The notes below the pieces were generated by a model. That model had not been told where the DNA came from, did no database searches, and saw only the letters and a list, made by a program, of their open reading frames with translations. The position numbers and the translations under genes were made by a program. A stretch of 64,000 nucleotides of DNA, taken from Podarcis cretensis. Lineage: Eukaryota. The stretch spans positions 66,092,001 through 66,156,000 of the forward strand of contig OX638153.1 of the NCBI GenBank assembly GCA_951804945.1, in the 5' to 3' direction. Shown one piece after another: positions 39,973-51,204 of this stretch (positions are counted from its first letter, which is position 1; each line of letters opens with the position of its first letter).

Positions 39973-42900
39973 CAAAACTCTCCCAGAACAGTCTCCGTCA
40001 GCAGCTATTCCCCAGATTACATGGGATGGAGAGATTATAAAGGAGATGAAGCAACAACTAAGAGGAAAGGTTGCATCATTGGGGCTTTTTAATTTAGAGA
40101 AAAGGCAAGTAAGAGATGATGTGATAGAAGTGTATACATGGAGAAAGTGGATGGAAAAGAAAATTTCTCCCTCTCTTGTAACACTAGAACTCACTGACAT
40201 CCAATGAAGCTGAATGCTGGAGGATTCAGGACAGAAAGTACTTCTTTACATACCACATAGTTAAACCATGGAATTCAGTGGCTCCTAGCTAAGATGGCTA
40301 TGCTCTGCTTCCACAGTCAGACACTGTCATGATTCTGAATACTAGTTGCTGGAAATCCCAGGAAGGGAGAGTGCTCTTGTTCTCGGGTCCTGCTTGAGGT
40401 TTTCCAACAGGCATCTGATCAGCCAGCGAGAGAACAGGATACTGGACAAAATGGGCCACTGACCTGATCCAGCAGGCTCTTATTATGTTCTTATTTTACA
40501 GTCAGACCAAATCACTGTATTTATTGTTCTGGGCAGGAAGGTAATGAATGTTCTCAATCTCACTCACTAGCCATTCCACCTGGCCATTAAAACAAGTATG
40601 TAACACTATGCAAGATTGGTACATGAACATTTTTCCTCTTTCTCTCATTTCTTTTTCTTTCCTATCTATAAGATTGTATGCCACTATTTTGAACTACATA
40701 CTATTTTGAGTGCACTTGCAGAAAAGTGGTATATTATTTATTTATTGAATTTATATACCAACCTTCATCTGAGGATCACAGTATAAAAATACAAAAATAT
40801 ATAACACAATAACGAAACAATATAAATGTAGTAGGTAAATGCATTTCATGATGCACCGATAATTAGGAAGTTCTGTGACCCTCTAAAAGCTCTGATTTGT
40901 ATCTGACTCTCATATTAAGATGATTAAAGCAGCTCTACTCATATGATTTTAGTCAGATACAATCCCCTTTTAGTCATTAAAAAACTGAAGCAAAATGTAA
41001 TTGAATTAGTGGTTGTCCTTTATTTTTAGAAATTAAATGTCTTCAATGAAACATAACAAGCAAGATTAAGTCAGAAGTATAGCAAAACTGTAAGGACGTG
41101 AACACACTTTCCTTCTCCAAGTTAAGAAGCATGACTATACACAAGCTGGACTTTCTGCACAGAGTTCAGTCAAAAACAATCTTCATTTGCTCTTTTAAAT
41201 ATTTGAATAATTATTTTAGTATTCTTCCTGACAAACTGAGGACATCAATATGACTAAAGAATAATTGTGACAAGTACGAGGAACACTGTTTCCAGTCACC
41301 TAAGCCCAGAAAACTATATGACTAGTTTTGCATGACCAAGAGACATGTTTCCTCAACAGCATCCCCCCTACAAAATCTCCTCTGAAACTGAAGGGAGTTT
41401 GATAAGCAGTTTGTGATACAGAATAAGCCTTATTCATACAATCGCAAAAATGATTTCCACTGGCATTTGAAGAAATAAATAATTCCAGGTTGTGTTAGCT
41501 CTACAAGCACTATTAGAGGTCACTTTAGGGTCACTATTAGAGAGTAATGATATAACTTAGGTTCAGTTGTACAAAGGGGGGGAAAGTCAGGAATTCCACT
41601 GGACATGCAGAGACCCCTGGGTAAACCCAAAGTACTTCTCTGGATTTCAGCTTCTGCCATCAAAATCACAACACTACAGTAGATACAATGATATAAAATC
41701 TTGATCGGGCTATTCCTGGCTTTTCACACAGAAGACTGAAGAGGTCACTGCCCACAAAACATTGTAGTTTGATACCATGTTAATAGCAGGTAAACATGTC
41801 CACAGGAAGATTGGAATACATCAGCAGCCTTATTTAAACAATCCATCTTGGCCTTGCAAGCTATGCTAGAAACTCTCAGAAAATCTTTAAAACGGGACCA
41901 GCACACAAGACATAATGCTAAGTGCTTTACTGCCCCAGTTTCTTCAAGCTTTTCAGATAAACTTCAAAATCTGAAGACAGTGTCACTCACACATTTATAT
42001 GTAATCCAAGAACATGCTGCAGACCCACTGAAATCTCATGAGAGAAAAATACATACATACAAATACATATGAACTACCTGGATACACCAGTTTACTCAGG
42101 AATTCAAGTCATCAAACAAGTCAGCTACATGACAGATGGATATAAGATGATGTTTCCACTCAGCAGTTCCAACAGCAGCTATTAAGTTAAACATTTCATT
42201 TTAAAGAGCAATTGCTTATTCTTCTATTCCCTTCTTACAGTAAACTCATTAAAGTGAAATTATCAGCTTCAAATTGTAGCCCTGCTCATATCTGCTGTTC
42301 ACAGACCAAACTGGTAGGTCCCAACATCATTGATCCCATTTTTATGATGCTGTGACATTTTGATGTTGTTTTATTCGGTTATAAGTCACAGTGATGCTAT
42401 TAGGCTAAACAGCAGGATAAAAATAATAGAAAGCAAGGACAAATATAATCCTGCAACTTTTGAGGATTATTTATATAATCCTTAATATAGCACAGATGTT
42501 GTGAATTTATTTTAGTGCTATGACAAACTCATATAGCTCTTCATAACTTTCAGTAATGTGGAATTACTATTTTAGCAGCGCTATAATTCATTTCTAGGTA
42601 GACAATGAAACAACTACAAAAATTACACCTGTACGTAACAAATTGGGAAGTACAGAACTCCAAGAAGGTGGAGTGTGTGTGAAACTATTTTGCATATTTT
42701 CATGCTAAACCTATGTGCATAGACTTTCCCCAAGGTGTTCTCACTAGGACTGCTAAAGGAAATGGGATGGCAAGTCCTTGACTTATGCAAGGTAAGAATT
42801 ATCTTAGAGTAGTGATGACATGGCATGGAGACAGGAGTTGCAAAAGTGCAGGGACAGAAATAGCTGGTGAGGAAAAGCAGTACATGCTAGGCTTAACATT

Positions 42901-45900
42901 TTGAGGAGCAAAACAAGGTAATAAAGTTTAACAAACATTTTCTTGTGCAATTTTACATTGTATAGCAATGTATTCTTATTTTCAGAAAAACAAAGAAGAT
43001 TCTTGTCCTGACCTTCACTGCTTGATGAATAACTTGAACTCTTAGTTCAGTTTCTGATGAGCTATTTAATCATTAAATCAGAATGGTAAAAGGGCAAGGT
43101 GCGGATTAGAAGGTACAACAGATGCATAAAAGGTATAGAAAAACTGCTAAGTGTAAAGCAAAACACATACCCTGCATCTTCCTGTTGAAGGACAGTGAGG
43201 GTATAGTACTTAGCATGATAACCAGCCAAGTCCTGGGATGGGGCAAGCAAACAGGCACTTCTTCAATAGGTTGGGCTTACAAAATTTGTCAACAAGAGTG
43301 CCTCACCAGTGGGGATGGAAGTAGGGTTGGGTGCTGGCTCAGCATCAATTCCTGGCTCAGCATCAGTTGCCTCCTCCCTTGAAGGAGACAGTGCCGGGGC
43401 TGACTCCACAGCAAGAGGGATCTGACTAGAGGTCCTGGTATCACAGGAGCGTAAAGCTCCTCTGCCAGACCACTTGGTCTCTCCCCTGGATGCAGCTCTC
43501 CAGTCCCTTGATTACTGGCCTCTGCTTGGGCTCAGACACTTTTTGGGGTTCACCTCGCCTATCCTACCAGGACCCTCCCCAGGGTTATCCAGCTTGAACT
43601 CCCTGAATTCCTCCCCTTTCTCCTCATAATCTAACCATCTCCATGACACTTCCAAGGACTATGTGTAAATTCTGGGTAAATGCAAATAATTAGAACAAGG
43701 AACTACTGTGTTACAGACTAGGAAGTGACAAAGGCTGGCACAATGTGGTCCACAAAACACCACCAAGGTCTCTACTGCCAGCAGGTTCTTAAGGGGCAGT
43801 GGTAACAGCAGCATCTTTTCTGAGATAGTGTCAATGTCAACTGAGTACAGAAACTGTTAATCTCAACCAGTGCTTTTTTTCTTTAAAAACAAACAAACTG
43901 TTTAGGGGTACTCTCATTTTCCTACTAATATTGAAATACTGTCCCTCAATGAAGCCAAACTTAGATTCACAAAATGTTTAGGGGTATGCATCCCCCAGAA
44001 AAAAAGCACTGATTTCAACTATGTTCTTTTTTTAAAATGATTAAATTTTCCATTTTAGCAATCCAATAAAAACCACATTAAAACATTCCAAATTATCATA
44101 CAATCAAAAAAGCTGAACAGTCATGCCAAATTATATATCTTTGGGTGACTTCCCATGCTCTGAAGTTCAGGGAGTGATGATCTAATATTGTACTGCATTC
44201 CTTAATTTGTCAAATAGTCCCAATAAACATTTCTGATGTTGATCCTTCATGATCTCAACTATGTTCTTATGAGGTCTGGACATTTATTACAACTAAAAAA
44301 TGAAAGTACTTAAATGTGAATTAGTAAAAGCAGTCTTTCCAGAAAAAAAGAAAAAAAGAAACCCTCCAGCAGCAGAAGGAAAGGGGAGAGAATGAGATGT
44401 AATAGTGCCAGAGCAAGTAATGCTTACTAAACTCAAAGCATGACTTCATGGTACTGCATGCCAGTTATGGAACAAAAAATAAAAGTGCAATTGCAGAGAA
44501 AAATGGAATGTGTTAAAGGTGCAAAGTATGGTTATTTCTTGGAGGAACAAAGGGGAAGGGTAACTGTTTTGACACAACATCACAGCCAGCCAATGGAAAG
44601 GGAAATGAGGCAATGAGGCAATGTCAGCAGTTGGGCACCACAAAGGTTTAGTGGATGTCAGGTTGAGACAGCTGAGGACAAGAAGTGGAATAGAAGGACA
44701 GAATATGCTGAAACAAATTACAGTTAGTTTGACTGACTGCAGATCATCATTTAACTTGAGCCTAGTTTGTTCAATAAACCATTGTTTAAATAAACCAGGG
44801 ATTAATACTGGCTTAACATGAGAAGCAGGCCAAAGAGCAGACAAGCTACTGGCCAATGTAGTTGCCAATTAGGGCACTATGTCTCTGTGCTAGATAACAA
44901 TTTTAGTTACCCCCAAACGACTCAAATATGTTCCACTGAAAAATCAGTTTTAAGGAAATGCCATTACCAGGAACAAATGAGTTCTTTTGTCAAGGAAGCA
45001 CAATTTAACACAACTAAACCAAGTGCTAGCTGAAGCCCAATTCTTGCTACTGGCTTGTAGTTCATGGGAGGTAAAACAGTTGTTCTCAAAAACGATTTCA
45101 AAAGAAAGTCAAGCCATTAACAAAATAACAGGCTTAACAATATAGCAGTCCAAATAACAGGGAGAATGGAAATTGAAAATTGTTTTTTTAAGAAGAACCT
45201 GTAATATCCACAGCCATGAATTATAGGTCTCTTCTAAGGACAGATAAAAATAAGCTCAAGGCAGTTAACTGGCCATATTTAGAGTATTCAGAGTCATGAC
45301 AAACATCTGGCAATGATTCTTTCTGGAATTTTGTCTATTTTTTTCCTACTCAACCAAGAAGGCACTGACTATCCTAACATCTTTTTGATTCTTGTAGCAC
45401 AGTATTTAAAGGGATCGGAAAGAGTTCATCCTCCCCCATTTTGCACATTTAAAGTGGTTAACACTTTCATAGCATACAGCTTCACGAAATAAAACAAATG
45501 CATTATGAAAGAATGACCAAAAGAAAAATCAGAATAAGGAAAAGATTGTCTCTGCCAGGGGGGAAAAACAACAACCTTTTGAGTTAAGTCTGTTTCCTTC
45601 TTTGGGAGCAGTATGGAATACTGGGCATTTGCCAGATGCTGTCCTAAAAACTGCTACATGCTGTATGCGCATATTGTCAAAAGTAACTTCACAGCACAAA
45701 CTCCTACAATGTGTTTACAAGTAGTCAGCTGATGAAATTATTTTAACATCTTTTTCTTTCCATCAGTCCTTCAAATCAACAAACCTTCTTTAGCCTAACT
45801 GCAGTTTTGTTTGTGTATTTATGCTTTTATATTTCCCTTTAGTTAGCAGCTGTTTTTTCCTGTATAACCACAGGAAATCACAGCCTCCTGTAAAAACTTC

Positions 45901-48123
45901 CAGATTACTTCCTGTATAGCTCAATAAACGTTCTGAGTTCCAAAAACAGTTCTTTATTTTAGACCTCAGAATGTAGTGAGTCATGGTCAACCATATAAAG
46001 ATTTGATTTTAAGTAAATCAAGACATAAAAATACTGATTTAAGACAACAAGAGCAAAGTGTGCCCCTTTTTATACCATGCCTGTTGAAGTGGCACATAAA
46101 CCACACATGATAAAATAATAGAATCTGACTTGTCTAACCCCAACTTAATGAAAGTTTGAAAGCAGGCCATTTTCACTTGTGGGATTCAGACCTTACATAG
46201 ATAACTTATTGCAACAAGCTGGGAAACCTTAAAATGACTCAAATACCAAACAGTAATTTAAGAAATCTAAAGAAAAAGTATCAGGCAATTATTTTAAAAA
46301 TAGCTAAAGAGAATATTCTAATATTCAATAGCTTTCAAAAGAATTTAAGAATTATTTTTCCACTCTCTTTGTGCAACTGGAAGATGTGCTCTGCAACTGG
46401 CTACGTGCATTAACTAACTGCACCCTGATGGCATGTTAATATATTTTGTTAAGCAGTCACAGGATACTTAAGTCACCTCTGGAAAATCCCTTCTAGAAAA
46501 TCCTCTCCCCTAGTTGTATGAAGGTGGATTACACTGAAATGCTCAAAGGAACATACTTGGTTTTCTTTTAATCAGGGTCAGTGATGGTCACAGCATCAGT
46601 TAGTGCAGGAGGAGAATTCACACAAAGCATAGTTACAGAACACAAAATAAAGTACTCACTCTATTACAGTGCATCTGAAAGTGTGGGCAACTAGTCTGTA
46701 TCAAGAAGTGGAAACATTATTTAGTATGATAGCCAATTCAAACAGCCTACACCAAATGCCACATTTGGGAAGCTCCAGTTGTGGGAAAATATGATTACAA
46801 GAGACACACATTCAAGATAAAATCTGTACTTCTTTGGCAATAAAACTATATATCAAGCTACATTAGATTTTCTTTCAGAAACTTTAAGCAAGAACTTCAT
46901 ATCTGAATTATGCAAGAAAATTTCACCTAGCAATGTTTTGAAGCATTGATGACTAAAGGAATTGTACAACCATTTGTAATGAAAACTACATTAGATTTTC
47001 TTTCAGAAACTTTAAGCAAGAACTTCCTATCTGAATTATGCAAGAAAATTTCACCTAGCAATGTTTTGAAGCATTTATGACTAAAGGAATTGTACAACCA
47101 TTTGTAATGAAAACGTATCCTACATTTATGAAGAAATACATTGCCTAAAAGTACCAGGGGTAAATGGTATAAAGCATTTCCCCCACTAATTGCTTAATGA
47201 TAATCTAGAATGATAATCTAGTTTTGCCTCTCTCCTCCAAGTGAAACTACAGAAAAGAATAATTTAGAACACTCCTAAACAGGTGCTTCAAAATTCTTGT
47301 TTTCTATCAATATGAGCACAGGCATGATTGGGGTGGGGTGGGCGGTGGGAACAGAAAAAGCCAATTTGGCCCTAGCCAAGGTGTACATTGGCGGTATCCT
47401 CAAGACTATCCTGTTTATCTATATATTTCTTCCTCCAGGTTTCACAATATTTAGACATTTTGGCTGGGGGCACTCCTTATCATTAGCCAAACACAGAAAA
47501 ATGGAAAAAACACTTCACTTCCCCCATTTGCTTCATATCATCCCTCCACCCCATTTAAGAACAGGGGCACTGACAATAAACCAGTCCTACAAAAAAACAG
47601 GACACCTGCTTATATGGCCACATACAGACTATATGGGGAGGTAAATACATTTTTACCATGGTGGTTTAACATTGTTTAAACTCCCACGTGTAATGGGGTT
47701 TTAGTGAGTGAAAATAAATTAATTAAACCATGTGTTTGATTTGATCTTGAGATTCTTATATTTGTAACATTACATGTTGTTCCTATATGCCTCAACAGAA
47801 TAGCTAAAGACCTTTTAGCCACATTAAGTGCATTTTCTATGATTCACTCCCTTTCTCAAATGAATCCCTTTTCCATGTTGCATACAGACAAAAATCCAAA
47901 GCTATACTGAAAGTTTTACCTCAATATCAAGTATCTCCACAGTGTTGTCCAAATGCTTTATCCTTATTTGTAGAGACCTCTCATGTATTTTAGCAGGTGT
48001 TGAGGCTATAGCAGAGGAGAGGTTCTGTCCTGGTTCCAGGGTGCTCACTCCAGAATTTTTCTGGACTCCCAAACGAGAACCTGGAGTCTGCAGCACTCTG
48101 TAAGTGCCTTCTATCTCGCCCAT
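1427..48123 (-). CDS. FARP2: FARP2 (FERM, ARH/RhoGEF and pleckstrin domain protein 2), spliced CDS span of exons 2-19; 3' exons lie outside the window
   Basis: Exons join in frame via GT-AG introns into [13 protein letters not shown]...FERM...FA...DH; N-terminus and FERM/DH peptides match recalled vertebrate FARP2. Confidence 0.97.
2041..2085. repeat. (TTA)n microsatellite
   Basis: About 14 TTA units. Confidence 0.95.
2811..3031 (+). mobile_element. Tc1/mariner (Tigger/pogo-like) MITE, family A
   Basis: TA-flanked CAGTGGTACC...GTACCACTG; closely similar to copies at 50963 and 57861; right TIR partly deleted. Confidence 0.88.
3196..3446. mobile_element. Tigger/pogo-like MITE, family B (degenerate)
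   Basis: Left end CAGTGGTACCTCGG, degenerate right end CCAAGCTACGACTG+TA; different internal sequence. Confidence 0.7.
3556..3793 (-). CDS. FARP2: FARP2 exon 18 (DH)
   Basis: 238 nt, [13 protein letters not shown]...[20 protein letters not shown]...DYTDCR; donor GTGAGT. Confidence 0.96.
4221..4302 (-). CDS. FARP2: FARP2 exon 17 (DH)
   Basis: 82 nt, [27 protein letters not shown]. Confidence 0.94.
4364..4439. repeat. 38-bp tandem duplication
   Basis: TTTCCAGTAGAAACTAAAGCATACTAACA(A/G)TAACTATA x2. Confidence 0.95.
4715..4848 (-). CDS. FARP2: FARP2 exon 16 (DH)
   Basis: 134 nt, [44 protein letters not shown](W). Confidence 0.96.
5168..5257 (-). CDS. FARP2: FARP2 exon 15 (start of DH domain)
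   Basis: 90 nt, [30 protein letters not shown]. Confidence 0.96.
5699..5911 (-). CDS. Candidate in-frame cassette exon in FARP2 intron 14 (71 aa)
   Basis: Acceptor tgtttctgtttccatcag, donor GAT|GTCAGT, 213 nt, phase 0/0, no stop codon. Confidence 0.45.
7079..7242 (-). CDS. FARP2: FARP2 exon 14
   Basis: 164 nt, (G)[18 protein letters not shown]...[28 protein letters not shown]; donor AAG|GTAAGG. Confidence 0.92.
7583..7787. mobile_element. Penelope-like element remnant with inverted pLTR
   Basis: 13-bp TSD ACTCCTCTTGGAG (7570-7582, 7788-7800); perfect 65-bp inverted repeat; hammerhead core; 3' end GCAGACCAACACGGCTACC resembles recalled reptile Penelope ends. Confidence 0.8.
7628..7665 (-). 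ncRNA. Minimal type I hammerhead ribozyme motif
   Basis: GUAU-CUGAAGA-A-GUGUGC-AU-GCACAC-GAAA-GCUC-AUAC: core boxes, stem II, 4-bp stem I, palindromic AGCU in place of helix III. Confidence 0.7.
8357..8470 (-). mobile_element. CR1 LINE 3'-end fragment
   Basis: Reverse-complement similarity to the 3' end of the CR1 at 40040-40492 (GCTGGATCAGG...GGCCCATCTAGTCCAGCA). Confidence 0.7.
9500..9560. repeat. (CTTT)n/(CT)n pyrimidine microsatellite
   Basis: Direct reading. Confidence 0.95.
10580..10620 (-). terminator. Putative intronic polyadenylation signal
   Basis: TGTACTAATGTATGTATTAATAAA: three UGUA motifs directly before AAUAAA (10580-10585), GU-containing sequence downstream. Confidence 0.45.
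15869..15981 (+). mobile_element. Sauria SINE 3' fragment
   Basis: Matches the 3' part of the copy at 39175; ends GGGGTCCCTTTACCTT. Confidence 0.88.
16054..16222. mobile_element. Tc1/mariner-type MITE with CCGTATTT ends
   Basis: TA|CCGTATTTTT...AAAAATACGG|TA; internal CATAACACGCAC repeats. Confidence 0.85.
17495..17616. mobile_element. hAT-like MITE (related degenerate copies near 12350-12480, 30720-30860, 54500-54610)
   Basis: CAGGGGTGAGGAATCTGTGGCCCTCCA ... TGGAGGACCACAGGTTCCCTATCCCTG imperfect terminal inverted repeats. Confidence 0.7.
18073..19043 (-). CDS. In-frame extension of exon 13: alternative terminal coding segment (322 aa, acidic and Ser-rich)
   Basis: Stop-free continuation of the exon-13 frame for about 970 nt in AT-rich DNA; part of the longest ORF in the window (419 aa); protein-like composition with repeated motifs. 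Confidence 0.8.
19044..19296 (-). CDS. FARP2: FARP2 exon 13 (linker), short form; exact donor uncertain
   Basis: Acceptor tttttctcctcag; [10 protein letters not shown]...PVLQSFQ(G); 253 nt ending at weak phase-1 donor AAG|GTGTTG, compatible with exon 14. Confidence 0.8.
19690..19822 (-). mobile_element. 5'-truncated Sauria SINE (different subfamily)
   Basis: (ACCTTT)n tail; 12-bp TSD CTATTAGACATA at 19678-19689 and 19823-19834. Confidence 0.88.
20773..20830 (-). CDS. FARP2: FARP2 exon 12
   Basis: 58 nt, [19 protein letters not shown]; donor CAG|GTTAGT. Confidence 0.93.
21730..21798 (-). CDS. FARP2: FARP2 exon 11 (FERM-adjacent)
   Basis: 69 nt, (S)[22 protein letters not shown](R). Confidence 0.95.
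21974..22137 (-). CDS. FARP2: FARP2 exon 10
   Basis: 164 nt, [34 protein letters not shown]...SRGSSFRY. Confidence 0.96.
23208..23303 (-). CDS. FARP2: FARP2 exon 9 (FERM F3)
   Basis: 96 nt, [32 protein letters not shown]. Confidence 0.95.
23997..24144 (-). CDS. FARP2: FARP2 exon 8
   Basis: 148 nt, [49 protein letters not shown]. Confidence 0.95.
27396..27510 (-). CDS. FARP2: FARP2 exon 7
   Basis: 115 nt, (S)[37 protein letters not shown]; donor GTAAGT. Confidence 0.95.
28130..28260 (+). mobile_element. Degraded CR1 ORF2 fragment next to the exon 6 donor
   Basis: Reads [10 protein letters not shown], resembling the CR1 'AEKLNxFFASVF' motif. Confidence 0.55.
28286..28383 (-). CDS. FARP2: FARP2 exon 6 (FERM F2)
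   Basis: 98 nt, [32 protein letters not shown]; donor T|GTTAGT. Confidence 0.95.
29856..29934 (-). CDS. FARP2: FARP2 exon 5
   Basis: 79 nt, (R)[25 protein letters not shown](R). Confidence 0.95.
31189..31231 (-). CDS. FARP2: FARP2 exon 4
   Basis: 43 nt, [14 protein letters not shown]; donor GTAAGT. Confidence 0.95.
31810..32470 (+). mobile_element. Degraded L2-clade LINE reverse-transcriptase fragment
   Basis: [47 protein letters not shown] across frameshifts. Confidence 0.8.
33146..33250 (-). CDS. FARP2: FARP2 exon 3 (FERM F1)
   Basis: 105 nt, [35 protein letters not shown]; AG/GT ends. Confidence 0.95.
33754..34107. mobile_element. Tigger/pogo-like MITE, family C
   Basis: TIR CAGTGGTACCTCGCAAGACGAA / TTCGTCTTGCGAGGCACCACTG, TA TSD, internal CGCAAGACG subrepeats. 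Confidence 0.9.
34500..34978. mobile_element. Non-autonomous hAT DNA transposon
   Basis: 14-bp TIR CAGGCACGTCCAAC / GTTGGACGTCCCTG; perfect 8-bp TSD CTCTAGCA. Confidence 0.9.
38323..38466 (+). mobile_element. hAT MITE, copy 1
   Basis: AGTGCTTTT...AAAAAAGCACTG; 8-bp TSD TATGTAGG; homologous to the 43868 copy. Confidence 0.88.
39175..39625 (+). mobile_element. Full-length Sauria SINE with about 100-nt internal insertion
   Basis: tRNA-like head GGGACGCGGGTGGTGCTGTGGGTTAAACC...GGTTTGAATCCC; ACCTTT tail; TSD TATATTAATTAT at 39159-39170 and 39626-39637. Confidence 0.92.
39938..39970. repeat. (AC)n microsatellite
   Basis: Direct reading. Confidence 0.95.
40040..40492 (+). mobile_element. CR1 LINE 3' end
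   Basis: [18 protein letters not shown]-like ORF2 end, 3'UTR and TTATGTTCTTA tail. Confidence 0.85.
43868..44011 (+). mobile_element. hAT MITE, copy 2
   Basis: TIR CAGTGCTTTTTTT / AAAAAAAGCACTG; TSD AT(C/T)TCAAC. Confidence 0.88.
46858..47113. repeat. 128-bp tandem duplication
   Basis: 46858-46985 and 46986-47113 differ at 2 positions. Confidence 0.95.
47920..48123 (-). CDS. FARP2: FARP2 exon 2 (first coding exon; 29 nt of 5'UTR up to acceptor at 48152)
   Basis: [15 protein letters not shown]...[11 protein letters not shown]; donor GAG|GTAAAA; acceptor ctctcttag. Confidence 0.96.
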
Positions 48124-50962
48124 TTTCCACCATCAAGCAACAATCCAATGAACTAAGAGAGAAAAATACAAATAATTTATTTTAATAACTTTCAAAGTCA
48201 GTACACCATGAATTTGTGCAAAAATATAACAACTAGCTGCTGCAAGTTGCTCTACAGCTCTGTGCACTCACTACCCACAACGAGATTTTGGGGGCAATTC
48301 CTCCTGTTCAGCATGCATGAGTGAGTAATGTAACAACTCCTCTGAACACTGAGATACAAAAATTAAGTTGGTACACATATTCATGATAGAATTCTGAATT
48401 CCAAATCCAGCTCAAGGAAGACACAACACAATAATCTCCCCTGAAGATTAAAACATCCAGATGAGAATTGGTGCATACATTCAGGACGTCACTCTGTATT
48501 TGGGGCTCAAACACCAAATCCATTTTCAAAGAAAGTTGTAAAATAGACTGAAATTCAATCTTTGAAGTAAGGATACTAGAATATTTTGCTTTACTAATTA
48601 CTTGTTGAGGATTTGAAGTTGGCAAGAGCCTCAGAGTTATGTCATCCCTCTCACTACTTCATCTTGGGACAAAACACAAACAAGTTAAGTGGGCTGTACA
48701 AGATGGATTTGAAAGTGGAACCTTCCTAAACCACCCCTGGATTGAAGTAGGGGCAAAGTGAGGAATCAGGGAGATTCAACCTGCCCATAATCCAGGATTA
48801 ATATGGGTGCAAGAATGATGCAGCAAGTGGGTACGTACTAAAGAGGGAAAGACAGAAACAAAAAAATCTAAAACAGACAAAACCTTCCATTTTTAGTAGT
48901 GAGGCTGCATAGCAACTCGAATAAATATATGGAACTGTCAAAGCATGAAACATATTCATTACAGCATACTGCATTTTGTGTTAGCTTATGCCAGATAGTA
49001 GCATAACAAGTTAATTATGCCATCTAAACAATTAGCCAATAACTCATGAATATGGCAGATTATGAGTACTTCCAAACCTCCCTCCCAATGAAACTCCCAT
49101 CTTCCAAGCTTAAGCCAATCAATATCAGAAACCCATAACATTTGCAAAGATTGCTCTGGGTATAGCTTTCCAGAATTGAAAGCCAAATATAAGCTCTCTC
49201 AACTGTGGCAAGTTTGCTACTTCACAGACAAAATCTCTAATTCTGCTTAATTTAGAAGACCAGTAGCTTGCAACAGGCAAGTGAGGAATGCCAGTTTTAG
49301 TTGTCCATTCAGTATAACTGAAACAATAGAACAGTGAGCATATTGTAACCAATTAATGCAGTGTGAGTTCTGAAGCAAGCAGTAATATACACTAGGTTGA
49401 TTCAGACACTGAGGTTTGTCCAGTCATAATTTCTGTGTTCAACAGTGAGCTATTTCTTGGTGCATGAGTAGAAAGGCACTTTCAGTAACTTATTTTTGTA
49501 AACCACTTAAAGGATTTTTTTTTACACTCAAGCATCATATAAATTCTGTTAAACAAACCAACAAAAGCATTTCCTTGCCTTTATTAGTTCCCTTCTTCCA
49601 GAGCTTTACTGATAGACATCCAACACTGCACAAGCAGACTTCCACTTATGCAACAGGACTTCCTCTTCTCTTCCCCCCTGAAGTCTCCCAAGAGCCCCCC
49701 AAAAACCCCTAGAGCAGATTTTGGGGCTGAACTGGGGACTACCCATTAAGTCCAGGTATATCTTCTGGGAACACTCTAGAGCAGGTGGGGGCAGGGGTCT
49801 ACAGGTTGTGTGTGGAGAAGTAGGAAAATCCTATTGCACAATCAGGCAGGCTTCTTTGGATGTAATCCATTAAGTCCAGGTCTATCTTCTGGAAACAACA
49901 GACACATTTATTTATTTGGACAAGGGGATTGCAAATGGAGTTGTGATGGGTGAGCTTTAGTGTCTCTTTTTCAAACAAATGTATTTTTAGTATGTGTATT
50001 TAACTACTACCTGCCCTAAACTTCCTAAGAAAGAACAGGCTAATACAACATTCCAAATCAATAGCTAGAATAGAATCAAAGTACTTTAGCTAAAATAAAC
50101 TGTTAGATATAAATAGCACGGTATGCTTGTAAATTTCCATCCTCAGAAAAGCTAAGTGTTAACTGTTGCTGCCCAAACCTCAGCAATAACTGACATAAAC
50201 CTTTTTGTGCCTGCCATGCATGAGACTTGGGGATAAGCAGCAGCACAAGAGGAGTACCCTAGATGAAAGATAACTTTTCAGGCATTGTATCAGAAATATG
50301 TGGCAAGACAGCAATTGTAAATGAAAATGCATTCTTTATCAACAACAGAAAGCCCAGAATGGGTTAAGATAAATATTAATCCTCATACCCTCCATTCAGG
50401 GGGGAAAACACAATTGTTGCAAAACATTATCAAACACAAAAAGTTATCAAAGGATACTGTAACAAATACTGTATACAGAATCTACTATTCCCCCAAGCTT
50501 ACAAGAAAAATCCATGTGTGTCGCTGATACAGCTGCAAATGCAAATTTGGACATACATAAGCTTTACCACAGCAGTGCTACCTAACTGAAGTCCCAAGTA
50601 TACAAATGATAAAAGACTCCAGCAAACCAAACCCACTCAATGGATGGAACAACACTAACTCCCCAATCCATAACCTTGAGGGGGTTAGAACTTCACAGAG
50701 ATGCCTTCCTACCAGCAAAGGGCTTCACTAGTCAGCGAGAAACCTCCTCCACAGAGGCTTCTGGCGCACCTGCTGAAAGCTCTGTGGGTGTAGTTCTACT
50801 GCTGGCAGTGTTCCTGCTGGCAGTAGCTGGCAATAGGCTCTGAAATGGGGCAGAGGTGGCCTTGGATCAACTGCATGAAGTCTACTACAATATAACTAAA
50901 TGTCTACAAGAGATATAATTTACTAGACTAAAATAACTTGGCAGAAAGGGGATTTCCAAGTA

Positions 50963-51204
50963 CAGTGGTACCTCGGGTTAAGTACTTAATTCGTTCCGGA
51001 GGTCCGTACTTAACCTGAAACTGTTCTTAACCTGAAGCACTACTTTAGCTAATGGGGCCTCCTGCAGCCGCCACGCCGCCAGAGTATGATTTCTGTTCTC
51101 ATCCTGAAGCAAAGTTCTTAACCCGAGGTGCTATTTGTGTGTTAGCGGAGTCTGTAACCTGAAGTGTATGTAACCTGAAGCATATGTAACCCGAGGTACC
51201 ACTG
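50963..51204 (+). mobile_element. Tigger/pogo-like MITE, family A
   Basis: TIR CAGTGGTACCTCGGGTTA / TAACCCGAGGTACCACTG, TA TSD. Confidence 0.92.
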
